Part shown: positions 7,954 through 17,896 of the stretch, one piece after another | Layout of the letters: every line of letters begins with the position of its first letter | How positions within the stretch are numbered: position 1 is the stretch's first letter | Virus record (IMG/VR): IMGVR_UViG_3300005286_000039 | Span: 1 to 43,552 of that record | Reading direction: 5' to 3' (one strand) | From: a virus | Taxonomy: Duplodnaviria > Caudoviricetes | Length of the DNA stretch: 43,552 nucleotides | The notes under the pieces: model-generated | Databases searched by the model: none | What the model was told of the DNA's origin: nothing | The model's input: the letters and a program-made list of their open reading frames with translations, nothing else | Made by a program: the position numbers and the translations under genes

Positions 7954-8227
7954 TGCCGCCCTGCCCGCGCCGGACGACCAGTACGACCCGCGCCCGGACC
8001 TGGACATCTTCCCGCCCATCCGCCCGTGGGACGCCGTGGCCATGGAGACGGACCCGGACGGGGACCTGTACCCGGAAGGCGCCTGCAACCCGCTGCTGTC
8101 GGGCGAGGAGTCCGAGCGCTGGCGGGCGTGGATGGACGACTGCGCCGATCGCGCCCGGCCCCTCCTGATCGGGCTGGTCCTTCTCGTCGCCCTCTTCTTC
8201 GCCTGGAAAATCCTCGGGAGACACTAA
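7937..8227 (+). CDS. Small protein with C-terminal transmembrane helix
   Basis: GAGGAGG RBS; hydrophobic LLIGLVLLVALFFAW. Confidence 0.6.
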   Translation: MLLLPDAALPAPDDQYDPRPDLDIFPPIRPWDAVAMETDPDGDLYPEGACNPLLSGEESERWRAWMDDCADRARPLLIGLVLLVALFFAWKILGRH

Positions 8228-8233
8228 AACGCC

Positions 8234-9181
8234 ATGGCCAACGAACTTGTTCGAACCAATGACGCCGGCACCGCCCTGGCCGCGCCCCCCGCGCCGGTCA
8301 CGGAAGAGCAGATCCTGCGGGCGCTGAACCTGAACCCGAACAGCCCCAAGACGCAGGCGCTGGTGCTGACCTGCCGCCGCTACAACCTGGACCCGCTGCT
8401 CAAGCACGCGCTGCTGATCGGCGGCAGCGACAAGGAGGGCGGCTCCCTCTACGTCACCCGCGACGGCCTGCTGCACGTGGCCCACGCCTCCGGCCGCTTC
8501 GACGGCATCGAGGTGCAGCAGGAGCCGCCGACAGAGACGCACTTCGTCGCCACCGCGACCGTCTGGCGCAAGGACATGGCCCGGCCCATCCGCTACCAGG
8601 GGCGCTACCCCAAGAGCGGGCGCCTCGCCGCCTCCTACGGCCCTGAGATGGCCGAGAAGGTCGCCGAGTGCCGAGCGCTCCGGCGCGCCTTCGACGTCTC
8701 CCTCTGCTCCCGCGAGGAGATGTGGGACGAGATCGACCCGGAGGAGGGACAGCCCCAGGGTCAACCCCAGGCGCCGCGCCAGCAGCAGCAGCGTCCCGTC
8801 GTTACCGCACCGCGGCAGTCGGCTGCGCCGGCCCCGCCGCCGGCCCAGACGCGGGAGGTGGCACAGCCCGCCCCGCCCGCCCCCAACAACGGGGATTCCG
8901 ATCGGCAGCGGCTGATCGCCGCCTTCGTGGACGCTGCCGGTGCCAAGGGGCTGGAACTCTCCGACAAAGGCAAGCGCCGCACCGCTTACGTCGCACTGAT
9001 GCACCCGGCGGGCGATGCCCCGGACCGCCTCCCTACCAATGAAGAGTGGGCCATGGCGGCGGCCAAGATGAACGAGCTGACGGACGCACAGGCCGCCATG
9101 CTCGTCTTCGAAGATCCGTTCGCCGAGGATGCCGCGCCGGCGGCGCCGTCCCGGACCAACGCGATCGCGGGAGGGCTGTAG
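8234..9181 (+). CDS. RecT/Bet-like single-strand annealing recombinase
   Basis: CRRYNLDPL, YVTRDGLLHVAHASGRFDGI, MAEKVAECRALRRAF. Confidence 0.8.
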   Translation: MANELVRTNDAGTALAAPPAPVTEEQILRALNLNPNSPKTQALVLTCRRYNLDPLLKHALLIGGSDKEGGSLYVTRDGLLHVAHASGRFDGIEVQQEPPTETHFVATATVWRKDMARPIRYQGRYPKSGRLAASYGPEMAEKVAECRALRRAFDVSLCSREEMWDEIDPEEGQPQGQPQAPRQQQQRPVVTAPRQSAAPAPPPAQTREVAQPAPPAPNNGDSDRQRLIAAFVDAAGAKGLELSDKGKRRTAYVALMHPAGDAPDRLPTNEEWAMAAAKMNELTDAQAAMLVFEDPFAEDAAPAAPSRTNAIAGGL

Positions 9182-9184
9182 GCC

Positions 9185-10366
9185 ATGCTGAAGGTCACCA
9201 TTTCCCAGCCGGAGCTGGCGCGCATCGCGCAGACCGCCGCCGCCGCGGTCGCGCCCCGCTCCACCGTCCCCGTGCTGTTCCACCTGCTGCTGCAGGTCAA
9301 GGACACCCGCGTGTCGCTCATCGGCACGGACCTGCAGGTCTGGTCCGAGGCCACGGCCCCGGCCGAGTCCGCGGCGGGGGAGGCGCACGTCACCCTGCCC
9401 GCAGCCCGGTTCGCGGCGCTGGCGGCGGCGCTCCCGGCGACCGCCACGGTCACCCTCACCCAGGAGGACGGGGACTGCAAGACGCTCCTCAAGGCCGGCA
9501 CGGTGGAGGCCGCCCTGCCCGGGTTCCCGGCGGAGGAGTTCCCGCTGCCGCCGGACCCGGACGCCGGCGCCTCCTTCTCCGCCCCCGGCAAGACGCTCGT
9601 GCGCCTGCTGCGCTTCGCCCTCATCGCGGTCGCGAAGGACGAGAGCCGCCCGATCCTGACCTGCGTGCGCCTGCAGATCCCGGAGGCGAGCGCGCTGGTC
9701 GTGGCGTCTACCGACACGCACCGCCTCACCCGGCGCCGCCTGACGCTTTCCGAGTTTGCCACGGGCACCGGGGAGGCGAACCTGCCGCAGCGGGCGGCGC
9801 GCCTGGCCCTGGCGCTGGCGGAGAAGGCCGGCACGGGCCCCGTGCGGGTGACCATGGGGGCCAGCCTCGTGGGGTTCGCGGCGGAGGGGGAGGGCGGCCG
9901 CTCCACGCGCCTCCTGGCCCGGGCGATGGAGGGGGCCTTCCCGAACTACGAACGGGTCATTCCGGCGGCCTGCGAGTCGGCGTGGATCGTGGAAAAGGCG
10001 GCGCTCACCGACGCCCTGCGCCGCGTGATGCTCGCGCGCGGCGCAGGGCGCGTCGTCTTCCGGCACGAGACGGGGAGCGTCTTCGGCCCGGCGCTGCGCC
10101 TGGTGTGCGACGGGCCCGAGGGGCGCGGCGAGGAGTGCGTGGAGCTGGGCCTGGACCTTCCGGCCGGCAGCGAGCCGCTGGAGGCCATCGCCATGAACGG
10201 GGGCTACCTGCAGCAGGCGCTGTCGGTGCTGGAGGGGGACGGCGTGCGCATCCATCTCCAGGAGAGCGGCATCCGCCCCGCCGTCCTCGTGCCCTCCGGC
10301 TACGACCCGGGCGAGGACGGCCTCGACGAGGGGCTGATCGTCGTCATGCCCATGCAGGTCATTTAG
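9185..10366 (+). CDS. dnaN: Phage-encoded DNA polymerase III beta sliding clamp homolog
   Basis: STVPVL, IGTDL, AEEFP, AKDESRPILTCV, ASTDTHRL, GAFPNYERVIP, C-terminal VMPM. Confidence 0.9.
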   Translation: MLKVTISQPELARIAQTAAAAVAPRSTVPVLFHLLLQVKDTRVSLIGTDLQVWSEATAPAESAAGEAHVTLPAARFAALAAALPATATVTLTQEDGDCKTLLKAGTVEAALPGFPAEEFPLPPDPDAGASFSAPGKTLVRLLRFALIAVAKDESRPILTCVRLQIPEASALVVASTDTHRLTRRRLTLSEFATGTGEANLPQRAARLALALAEKAGTGPVRVTMGASLVGFAAEGEGGRSTRLLARAMEGAFPNYERVIPAACESAWIVEKAALTDALRRVMLARGAGRVVFRHETGSVFGPALRLVCDGPEGRGEECVELGLDLPAGSEPLEAIAMNGGYLQQALSVLEGDGVRIHLQESGIRPAVLVPSGYDPGEDGLDEGLIVVMPMQVI

Positions 10367-10397
10367 CCCCAACCCGACGCGAAAGGACATTCTGACC

Positions 10398-10766
10398 ATG
10401 CCCCGGATACCCGATTCCCTGAGCGAGACGACCACCATCACCATGCGCCTGCCGGTGAAGCTGACCCACGACGAGGTGCACCGCTACGGCAAGGAGAACG
10501 CCCGCCTCAACCAGCAGCTCGAAGCCACCCTGCGGGAGAAGAAGGCCGCCATGGACGGCTTCAAGGAGCGCGAGAGCAAGATCAAGGAGGAGGCCAACCG
10601 CCTCACCAGCGCCATCGTGAGCGAGCAGGAGGACCGGGACGTGGACTGCACGCGCGTCCTGGACTGGGATCTGGGCTTCGTGCGCGTCACCCGGAAGGAC
10701 ACCGGCGACGTGATCGAGGACCGGGCGCTCACCCAGCGCGAGAAGCAGACGAAGATGCTGATCTGA
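10398..10766 (+). CDS. Hypothetical coiled-coil phage protein
   Basis: AAGGA RBS; charged helical sequence ending QTKMLI. Confidence 0.7.
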   Translation: MPRIPDSLSETTTITMRLPVKLTHDEVHRYGKENARLNQQLEATLREKKAAMDGFKERESKIKEEANRLTSAIVSEQEDRDVDCTRVLDWDLGFVRVTRKDTGDVIEDRALTQREKQTKMLI

Positions 10767-10788
10767 GAGGCGAGAAACACACCCACCC

Positions 10789-12429
10789 ATGAACGCAACC
10801 GCTGAACTTGAACTGACCACGGAAACCGCCGGCGCCTCCCCGCTCCCCGCCGGGTACCACCTGCTGCCGGTGAACGCCATCGCGCCGACCATGCTCAACC
10901 CGCGCAAGACCTTCGGCTCCGAGGCGGTGGAGAAGCTCGCCGCTTCCATCGCAGAGAAGGGCGTCCTGCAGCCGATCACGGTCCGCTGGAGCGTGGAGGA
11001 GAGCGGCCTGGAGGGCTGGGAGATCGTCCTTGGCGAGCGCCGGTGGCGCGCCGCCCGCATGGCGGGACTCAAGGAGATCCCGTGCATCGTCCGCACGGAC
11101 TTGACGGACGCGGATGTCGCGCAGATCGCGCTGATGGAGAACCTGCAGCGGCAGGACCTGACCGCCCTCGAGGAGGCACAGGGGTACCAGCAGATACTCA
11201 CCCTGGAACCCGGGCTCACCCACGTGGGCCTGGCCGGGCGCCTCGGCGTGGCGCAGTCCACCGTTACCAAGGCGCTCCGGCTCCTGTCCCTGCCGGCCCC
11301 GGTGCAGGACATGGTGGCGTCGGGCGACCTGTCCCGCTCCCACGGGTACGCCCTGTGCCAGGTGGAGGACCCCGAGGTGTGCGCCCGGCTGGCGATCCAA
11401 TCACGGCAGGAGGAGTGGGCACTGTCGGCCCTGGAAACGGCGGTGCGCGAATGGCGTCGGCAGGAAGACGAGGCGGCCCAGCCCAGCCTCAACCTGCTGG
11501 GGGGGGGTGAGGACACGGCGGCCGCGCCGGAGGAGGCCCCTGCTGCCGCGCCGGAGGAGGCCCCTGCTGCCGCTGCGCCGCCGGCTCCGGGCATACCGGA
11601 CGCCATCACCCGGCCGATCGCGCCGGCCCCGACTGCACCCGCTCCCGCCCCGCCGGCGACGGAGGAGGCTCCTGCCCCGGCCGGGGAGTCCTATGGCGAA
11701 CTGGTCGCGGCGGCTTTCCCGGAAGACTCGCCGTCGCGCTCCGGGGCATCCGACGGCGAGGGGATGGTGGACTGCCTCGACTACTTCCAGCAGCCGGAGG
11801 ACCGCAAAGCCTTCGAGGAGACGCTCGCCAAGGTCCTGCGCATGGAGGCGGACCCGTTCCGCATCTGGCAGGGCCTCGTGGAGAGGTTCCCCGTCTGGTC
11901 GGAAATAACCCACGAAGCCATTCTGGAGGCCGTTGACCGGGCCTTCGGCTTCGGCGGGTGGAACCCGGCCCGGGAGGGCCTGTGGGCGTACTGGTACTAC
12001 CCCGCCGATCACCCCCTGAACCGCGGGGACGCGCCCATCTTCTTCGCCCTGCCGCCCGAGGTCAAGCACGAGGCCATTCCGGAGGAACGACGCCGCTACA
12101 TCACCGGCGCCGACCTGGCCGGCTTCGTCTCCTGGCTGGTATCGGAGCGATTCCTCCGCAAGCAGCAGCAGCAGCAAAAGCCGGATCAGGGGCAGCCGGT
12201 GGACACCCCGGAGGCGACCCCTGCCGGGATGAACCTGCCGCCGCTGTGCCAGGCGCTGCTGGCCGCCCTGACGGACCAGTGGAACAAGAAGTACCCGGAC
12301 GATCACATTTCCCCCGAAGAGCGCCTGGAGATGATCCTGATGCAGCGGGCGGAGGCGTCGGGAATCGACACCGAGGAGATCGTGGAGTCCCTGAAGCGGG
12401 AGGAAATGGCCCGTGCCTGCAACCTCTGA
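10789..12429 (+). CDS. ParB/Spo0J-family protein with long C-terminal extension
   Basis: NPRKTF, LAASI..KGVLQPITVR, GERRWRAA (CTP-binding motif), ENLQRQDL, HTH; Pro/Ala linker; unknown C-terminal domain. Confidence 0.9.
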   Translation: MNATAELELTTETAGASPLPAGYHLLPVNAIAPTMLNPRKTFGSEAVEKLAASIAEKGVLQPITVRWSVEESGLEGWEIVLGERRWRAARMAGLKEIPCIVRTDLTDADVAQIALMENLQRQDLTALEEAQGYQQILTLEPGLTHVGLAGRLGVAQSTVTKALRLLSLPAPVQDMVASGDLSRSHGYALCQVEDPEVCARLAIQSRQEEWALSALETAVREWRRQEDEAAQPSLNLLGGGEDTAAAPEEAPAAAPEEAPAAAAPPAPGIPDAITRPIAPAPTAPAPAPPATEEAPAPAGESYGELVAAAFPEDSPSRSGASDGEGMVDCLDYFQQPEDRKAFEETLAKVLRMEADPFRIWQGLVERFPVWSEITHEAILEAVDRAFGFGGWNPAREGLWAYWYYPADHPLNRGDAPIFFALPPEVKHEAIPEERRRYITGADLAGFVSWLVSERFLRKQQQQQKPDQGQPVDTPEATPAGMNLPPLCQALLAALTDQWNKKYPDDHISPEERLEMILMQRAEASGIDTEEIVESLKREEMARACNL

Positions 12430-15400
12430 AACCATGGCAGCGGAAGACGTGGAGGCGGAGGAGGCCCGCCTCCTGGCCCGGCTGCGGCGCTCCCGCAGCC
12501 GGGTCGGTGCGGACCCGGCGCCGGAAATCGTTACCCCTGCCGCACCTCCGGACCAGAGCGACGAAGACGAAGACGCGGAGTACCTGGCCACCTTCCCGCC
12601 GCCCTACGGGGGCGAGTGGGGCCCGGCCGACCACGCCTACAAGAAGGGCGACCGGGTGCAGGTCCTCACCGACATCTACCATATCGGGGCGGACATCAAG
12701 GCGGGCGAGGTGCATACCATCCACGGCCCGAACCCGACCCCGAACGATGGCGGCTACCTGCTCGACGTCAAGCGCCGGGACGGCCGCCGCGTCAACGTCT
12801 ACGGCTACAACATCCGCCCGGTGCCCGCCCGGGAGGAGGCGCAGACCCCGGGTGCGGAGCGGGAAGCCGCCTCGGACGCCTACCTCGACTTCCTGCGGGC
12901 CAAGGTGGCCACGGCCCCGGACGCGGGCTTCGAGGTGGCGGAAGAGGAAGTCAATCCGATCCTGCTGCCCCACCAGCGCGCCATCGTCCGCTGGGCCATC
13001 CGGGGCGGCCGCCGTGCCATCTTCGCGGCGTTCGGGTTAGGGAAGTCCGTGATTCAGCTTGAGATACTGCGCCTGACCCTGAAAAAACTCGGGAAGGGCC
13101 GCGCCCTTATCATCGCGCCGCTCGGCGTCCGCCAGGAGTTCGCCCGGGACGCGGCGATGCTCGGGATCCCGCTCACGTTCGTCCGCCGCTCGGAGGACGT
13201 GAGCGGGAGCGGGCTCTACATCACGAACTACGAGAGCGTCCGCGACGGCCGCCTGGACCCGAACCTGTTCGGCGCGGTCAGCCTCGACGAGGCGTCGGTC
13301 CTGCGCTCGTTCGGGAGCCTGACGTATCAGACGTTCCTGACGCTGTTCGACGCCCTCGCCTACCGGTTCGTGGCGACCGCCACGCCCTCGCCGAACCGCT
13401 TCAAGGAACTGATCCACTACGCGGCGTTCCTCGGGATCATGGACAGCGGCCAGGCGCTCACCCGCTTCTTCCAGCGCAACAGCGAGAAGGCCAACGACCT
13501 GACGCTCTACCCGCACAAGGAGCGCGAGTTCTGGCTCTGGCTCAACTCCTGGGCCGTATTCGTGCAGAGGCCGTCCGACCTCGGATTCAGTGACGAGGGC
13601 TACGACCTGCCGGAGCTTACGGTTCACTACCACGAGGTGGAGAGCGACCACGCCAGCGCGAAGACCGAGCGCAACGGCCAGGCGCGGATGTTCCGCGACG
13701 CCTCCCTCGGCCTGCCCGACGCGGCGGGGGAGAAGCGGAGCAGCCTCGCGGCGCGGGTGGCGAAGGCCGCCGAGATTCTGGCGCAGGATCCTGATTCCCA
13801 CTACCTGCTCTGGCACCACCTGGAGGCCGAGCGCCACGCGATTCAGGCGGCCGTGCCGGAGGCGGTTTCCGTGTGGGGGACGCAGGACCTGGAGGAGCGC
13901 GAGGCGCGCATCGTCGGGTTCTCGGAAGGCCGCTTCAAGTACCTTTCCACGAAGCCGGAGATCGCAGGGTCCGGGTGCAATTTCCAGCGGCACTGCCACA
14001 AGGCGATCTTCGTCGGCATCGACTACAAGGCGAACGACTTCATGCAGGCAGTCCACCGCATCCAGCGGTTCCAGCAGGCGCGCCCGTGCGAGGTCCACGT
14101 CATCCACACCGAGGCGGAGCGCGACGTCCTGCGGGCGCTGCTGGACAAGTGGCAGCGGCACAAGGAAATGACCCAGACCATGACCTCCATCATCAGGGAG
14201 CACGGGCTCAACCGGCTGTCCGTGGAGGGCGCGCTGGCCCGGACCATCGGCGTGGAGCGGACGGAAGTCTCGGGCAAGCGGTTCCGGCTCGCCAACAACG
14301 ACGCGGTGCTCGAAGCCCGGTCGCAGGGGGAGGGGAGCGTCGATCTGGTCGTCACCTCCATACCCTTCGCCAATCACTACGAATACACTCCGTCCTACAA
14401 CGACTTCGGGCACACCGAAGGGAACCCCCACTTCTGGCAGCAGATGGACTTCCTGACGCCGGAGCTGCGAAGAATTCTGCAGCCGGGGCGGCTGTACTGC
14501 TGCCACGTCAAGGACCGGATCAACTTCGGCAACATCACGGGCGAGGGCGTCCCGACCGTCTCGCCGTTTCACGCGGAGGCGATCTTCCACGGCATCAAGC
14601 ACGGCTTCCAGTACCTCGGGATGATCACCGTTGTCACGGACGTGGTTCGGGAGAACAACCAGACCTACCGGCTCGGCTGGAGCGAGAACGCGAAGGACGG
14701 CACGAAGATGGGCGTCGGGTCGCCTGAGTACGTTCTGCTGTTTCGCAAGCCGCAGACCGACCGAAGCAAGGGCTACGCGGACACCCCGGTCCGGAAGGAC
14801 AAGAGCGCCTACACGCGGGCGCGCTGGCAGGTGGACGCGCACGCCTTCTGGCGCTCGTCGGGGGACCGCCTGCTGCGGGCGGAGGAATTGGCGGGGCTCG
14901 GCCCGGACCAGCTCGCGAGCCTCTACACGCGCTACAGCCTGGAGGGCGTGTACGACTACGAGTTCCACGTGAAGCTCGGGGAGGAGTTGGAGGCGAGGGG
15001 CGCGCTACCGTCCACCTTCATGTCGCTGGCGCCGGGGAGCCACCACCCGGAGGTCTGGCACGACGTCAACCGGATGCGGACCCTGAACGGCACGCAGTCG
15101 CAGAAGGGCTTGGCACTCCACGTCTGCCCCCTGCAGTTCGACATCGTAGACCGCCTGATCGAGCGCTACTCCATGCCGGGGGAACTCGTGTACGACCCGT
15201 TCGCCGGCATCGGTACCGTGCCCTACCGCGCCGTTCTCAAGGGCCGCCGGGGCGCCGGAAGCGAGCTAAACACCGCTTACTTTCAGGATGCCGTCCGCTA
15301 CCTCCAGGCGGCGGAGGCGGAGACGGGCATGCCGTCCCTCTTCGACATTATTCAGGCGGAGGGCGATTCTATTCAGGAGGCGCCGGAAATTATTCACGCC

Positions 15401-15430
15401 GGCCAGGGCGAGGAGGCTGTCCATGCCTGA
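12413..15430 (+). CDS. SNF2-like helicase fused to N4/N6 DNA methyltransferase
   Basis: AFGLGKS, TNYE, LDEAS, ATATPSPN, GCNFQ, QAVHRIQRF; MTase motifs VTSIPF and VYDPFAGIGT (beta order). Confidence 0.88.
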   Translation: MPATSETMAAEDVEAEEARLLARLRRSRSRVGADPAPEIVTPAAPPDQSDEDEDAEYLATFPPPYGGEWGPADHAYKKGDRVQVLTDIYHIGADIKAGEVHTIHGPNPTPNDGGYLLDVKRRDGRRVNVYGYNIRPVPAREEAQTPGAEREAASDAYLDFLRAKVATAPDAGFEVAEEEVNPILLPHQRAIVRWAIRGGRRAIFAAFGLGKSVIQLEILRLTLKKLGKGRALIIAPLGVRQEFARDAAMLGIPLTFVRRSEDVSGSGLYITNYESVRDGRLDPNLFGAVSLDEASVLRSFGSLTYQTFLTLFDALAYRFVATATPSPNRFKELIHYAAFLGIMDSGQALTRFFQRNSEKANDLTLYPHKEREFWLWLNSWAVFVQRPSDLGFSDEGYDLPELTVHYHEVESDHASAKTERNGQARMFRDASLGLPDAAGEKRSSLAARVAKAAEILAQDPDSHYLLWHHLEAERHAIQAAVPEAVSVWGTQDLEEREARIVGFSEGRFKYLSTKPEIAGSGCNFQRHCHKAIFVGIDYKANDFMQAVHRIQRFQQARPCEVHVIHTEAERDVLRALLDKWQRHKEMTQTMTSIIREHGLNRLSVEGALARTIGVERTEVSGKRFRLANNDAVLEARSQGEGSVDLVVTSIPFANHYEYTPSYNDFGHTEGNPHFWQQMDFLTPELRRILQPGRLYCCHVKDRINFGNITGEGVPTVSPFHAEAIFHGIKHGFQYLGMITVVTDVVRENNQTYRLGWSENAKDGTKMGVGSPEYVLLFRKPQTDRSKGYADTPVRKDKSAYTRARWQVDAHAFWRSSGDRLLRAEELAGLGPDQLASLYTRYSLEGVYDYEFHVKLGEELEARGALPSTFMSLAPGSHHPEVWHDVNRMRTLNGTQSQKGLALHVCPLQFDIVDRLIERYSMPGELVYDPFAGIGTVPYRAVLKGRRGAGSELNTAYFQDAVRYLQAAEAETGMPSLFDIIQAEGDSIQEAPEIIHAGQGEEAVHA

Positions 15431-16037
15431 CAGCCCCTCCATTACCCTGCTCGCCCTCGACCCGTCCACCGACCGGACCGGGGCGGTGATCCTCGCCGGC
15501 GACCTGCAGAAGTGCCGGTTCATCACGGGGAACGAGTTCGTCGGCACCGCCCGGGAGAGGGTAGGCGTGTCCACCCTCACGGCGCAGAACACCCGCATCT
15601 ACCAGATCGCCCGCGCCCTTGAGCGGTGGGTGCAAACCATGACTCATTTGGCCCTTACTGCGGCGGCCTACGAGTATCACACGGCCCGCGGCGGGGCGCC
15701 CTCCGAGGCCATTTCGAAAGCCACGGGCGCCTACCTGGCGCTCCACGACCTGTGCACCCTGCCCTGCTACCGCATCCAGCCCATGACCGCGAAAGCCGTC
15801 TGGGGCGGTACGCGGTTGCGGCAGGGGGAGACCAAACCCGCGGTGGTCGCATGGGCGCGCCGGGAGTTCGGGCTGCCGCTCCTGGACGACCAGGACGCGA
15901 TAGCCGACGCCCTCGCCGTGGGGCTGGCCGCCTGGGGCATCTGGCGCAAAGAGGAGCTGGAAAAGCAGCAGAAGCCAATGTTAGGCCGCGGGAGCGGGAA
16001 GCCCCGGGCCAGGAAAGAAGTCGCCGGTGTGGACTAA
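15423..16037 (+). CDS. RuvC-like Holliday junction resolvase
   Basis: LLALDPSTDRTG, AYE, PMTAKAVWG, K..VVAW, DAIADALAV. Confidence 0.8.
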   Translation: MPDSPSITLLALDPSTDRTGAVILAGDLQKCRFITGNEFVGTARERVGVSTLTAQNTRIYQIARALERWVQTMTHLALTAAAYEYHTARGGAPSEAISKATGAYLALHDLCTLPCYRIQPMTAKAVWGGTRLRQGETKPAVVAWARREFGLPLLDDQDAIADALAVGLAAWGIWRKEELEKQQKPMLGRGSGKPRARKEVAGVD

Positions 16038-16992
16038 GATAGGGGAGGAGTTCTTCCGACACCCCAAGATCGTCACCGTGGGCAGGGACGCACGCGACCT
16101 GTACCTCGTGGCGCTCTGCCACTGCAACGAGAACCTGACAGACGGGTTCGTCGCCGAACGCTACCTGCGCAGATTGGCGGCGGAAGCCGAAATAGAGGAC
16201 GTAGAAGCGGCCGTGCACAACCTGTGCGGCTCCTTTCCCATGGCCACCGGCAGCCACAACCCTTTGTGGCACAAGATCACCGGCGGCTACCTGATCCACG
16301 ACTTCCTTGAGTACAACCCGTCCCGCCGGGATGTCGAGGAGGAGCGCGCCCGCAAGGCCGACGCCGGGCGCAGGGGAGGCCAGGCGCGTGCCGCCCGTCG
16401 GGCCTCCAAAACCACCGGTGCCCAAGGTCCCGCCCAGGCACCTGCTTTGCCACTTGGTATAGCAGATGCTCAAGCACCTGCTAAGCACGGTGCTAAGCGG
16501 CCTGCTAAGCCCGATACCGCCGCCGAATCCGTATCCGTATCCGAATCCGGTTCCGTACCGCCGCCGCCCCCCAAACCCCCGGCGTTACACCGAAGCACTG
16601 CCGTTCCGTTGGCAGCAGAGGCGGGCGAAGCTGCGCTTCGCAAGGGCGGCGGCGGCGGTGAGGGCTCTTTCCCTCCGGGGTGGGAAGGGGCTGATACCTG
16701 GGAGCCGGAGACCCTGCTCGCGGCCTATCGCAAGCAGTTCCCCGAGAGGCAGGCGGAGCTTTCCCAGGCTCTGGCCTCCGCCACCGGTCCCGTCCGGAGC
16801 CAGGCGGCCTACCTGCGGCCGAGCATCCTGCGCCGCCTGAAGGGCGTCCCGTCGCCCGAGGAGATCGCCCTGCCCGAGGCTCCTGCGCCGCGTAGCAAGG
16901 CGTCCGCCGTCAACGCCCGCGTCACCGCCCGACTCGCCGAGATGGGGGTCGTGACCTCCCGTGCCCAGAACGGAAATGGAGAACGTTCGTGA
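16027..16992 (+). CDS. Phage replication initiator / replisome organiser
   Basis: WTKI.EEFFRHPKIV, LY...LCHCNENLTDG, GYLIHDFLEYNP, RARKADAGRRGG; internal iterons. Confidence 0.75.
   Translation: MWTKIGEEFFRHPKIVTVGRDARDLYLVALCHCNENLTDGFVAERYLRRLAAEAEIEDVEAAVHNLCGSFPMATGSHNPLWHKITGGYLIHDFLEYNPSRRDVEEERARKADAGRRGGQARAARRASKTTGAQGPAQAPALPLGIADAQAPAKHGAKRPAKPDTAAESVSVSESGSVPPPPPKPPALHRSTAVPLAAEAGEAALRKGGGGGEGSFPPGWEGADTWEPETLLAAYRKQFPERQAELSQALASATGPVRSQAAYLRPSILRRLKGVPSPEEIALPEAPAPRSKASAVNARVTARLAEMGVVTSRAQNGNGERS
16467..16560. repeat. Candidate replication origin: TGCTAAGC iterons at 12-bp period followed by 6-bp CCGWAT repeats
   Basis: TGCTAAGC at 16479, 16491 and 16503, variant at 16467; locally lower GC inside the initiator gene. 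Confidence 0.6.
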
Positions 16993-17612
16993 CCGATGAA
17001 GCGCTGAACCTCTGCTTGGATCTTCTGGCGGGGATGCTCTCGCCCAGCCAGGAATGGACGGAGGCGGTGGCCTCCGTCTACTCCCTGTCCATGCGGGAGT
17101 GGGATGACCAGGTGGCGCTCTGTGCCTGCCAGCACGCGGCGCTGAACCTGAAGTGGCGCCCGGCGCCGGTGGAGCTGCGCCAGATCGCCATTGACCTGCA
17201 TGCGCCGACCCCGCCGGTGGGCGTGCTGATCGAGGAGGCGCGCAAGATCATCCGGCGCTATATGCCGGGCAAGGACCGCTCCGCCGCCGCCGCCATCTCC
17301 TGCCACCCGCTGACCTGCCGGGTCGTGGACCATCTGGGCGGCTGGGACGCCATCGGACTCATGGACTGCGAGGAGCTGCCGCTGGCCTTCGCCCGCTCTC
17401 TGCCCTCGCAGGTGGCCGACTGGCACCAGCAGGAGGCGCTGACGCTGCTGGGCGGGACGCCGGAGATACGGCCCAGCCTGCCGAGCGCTCCCCGGCGTGC
17501 TGCCCGGGGCCTGGAGTCGATTCGGGGGAGTCTGGCGCATCATTCCACGTGGAATGATGGCGGACAATCTGACCCGATGCATCGGGGCAGTGGGGAAGGG
17601 AGTGGGGCGTGA
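16989..17612 (+). CDS. Putative replicative helicase loader/inhibitor-like protein
   Basis: Follows the initiator; W.PAPVELR and VVDHLGGWDAI motifs typical of this gene position. Confidence 0.55.
   Translation: MTDEALNLCLDLLAGMLSPSQEWTEAVASVYSLSMREWDDQVALCACQHAALNLKWRPAPVELRQIAIDLHAPTPPVGVLIEEARKIIRRYMPGKDRSAAAAISCHPLTCRVVDHLGGWDAIGLMDCEELPLAFARSLPSQVADWHQQEALTLLGGTPEIRPSLPSAPRRAARGLESIRGSLAHHSTWNDGGQSDPMHRGSGEGSGA
17538..17559. promoter_or_regulatory. parS-like palindrome, copy 1
   Basis: Perfect 22-bp palindrome CATCATTCCACGTGGAATGATG. Confidence 0.65.
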
Positions 17613-17896
17613 AGATCGACATCGGCGAGATGGGGGAGCACGACCCCGTCCGCGTCTACCTGAATGGGGAACGGGTAGAGCGCGACTGCATGATCGCGGA
17701 CGAGGAAGCCGGGTACGTCGTGCTGGCCCGCCGAAACGATGCCCGGCGGATCGTGCTTGCCCGGGACGTGCCGCACCGGTGCCTCTGCTACGGCGCCATT
17801 GCGGTTGAGGTCCGGACCGGCACCGTCCGAATAGAGCCCTGGCCGAAGGAAGGAACCGATAACCAAATGCACGCCGCGGGCTCGGAGGCGCCATGA
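17609..17896 (+). CDS. Hypothetical phage protein
   Basis: GTGA and ATGA overlaps with neighbours. Confidence 0.55.
   Translation: MKIDIGEMGEHDPVRVYLNGERVERDCMIADEEAGYVVLARRNDARRIVLARDVPHRCLCYGAIAVEVRTGTVRIEPWPKEGTDNQMHAAGSEAP

Noticed and set aside
11521-11572. 24-bp tandem repeat in parB
   Set aside because: Encodes the AAPEEAPA linker duplication; not CRISPR-like or regulatory.
14961-14976. AGTTCCACGTGAAGCT, partial parS match
   Set aside because: Several mismatches, inside coding sequence, imperfect symmetry; plausibly chance.
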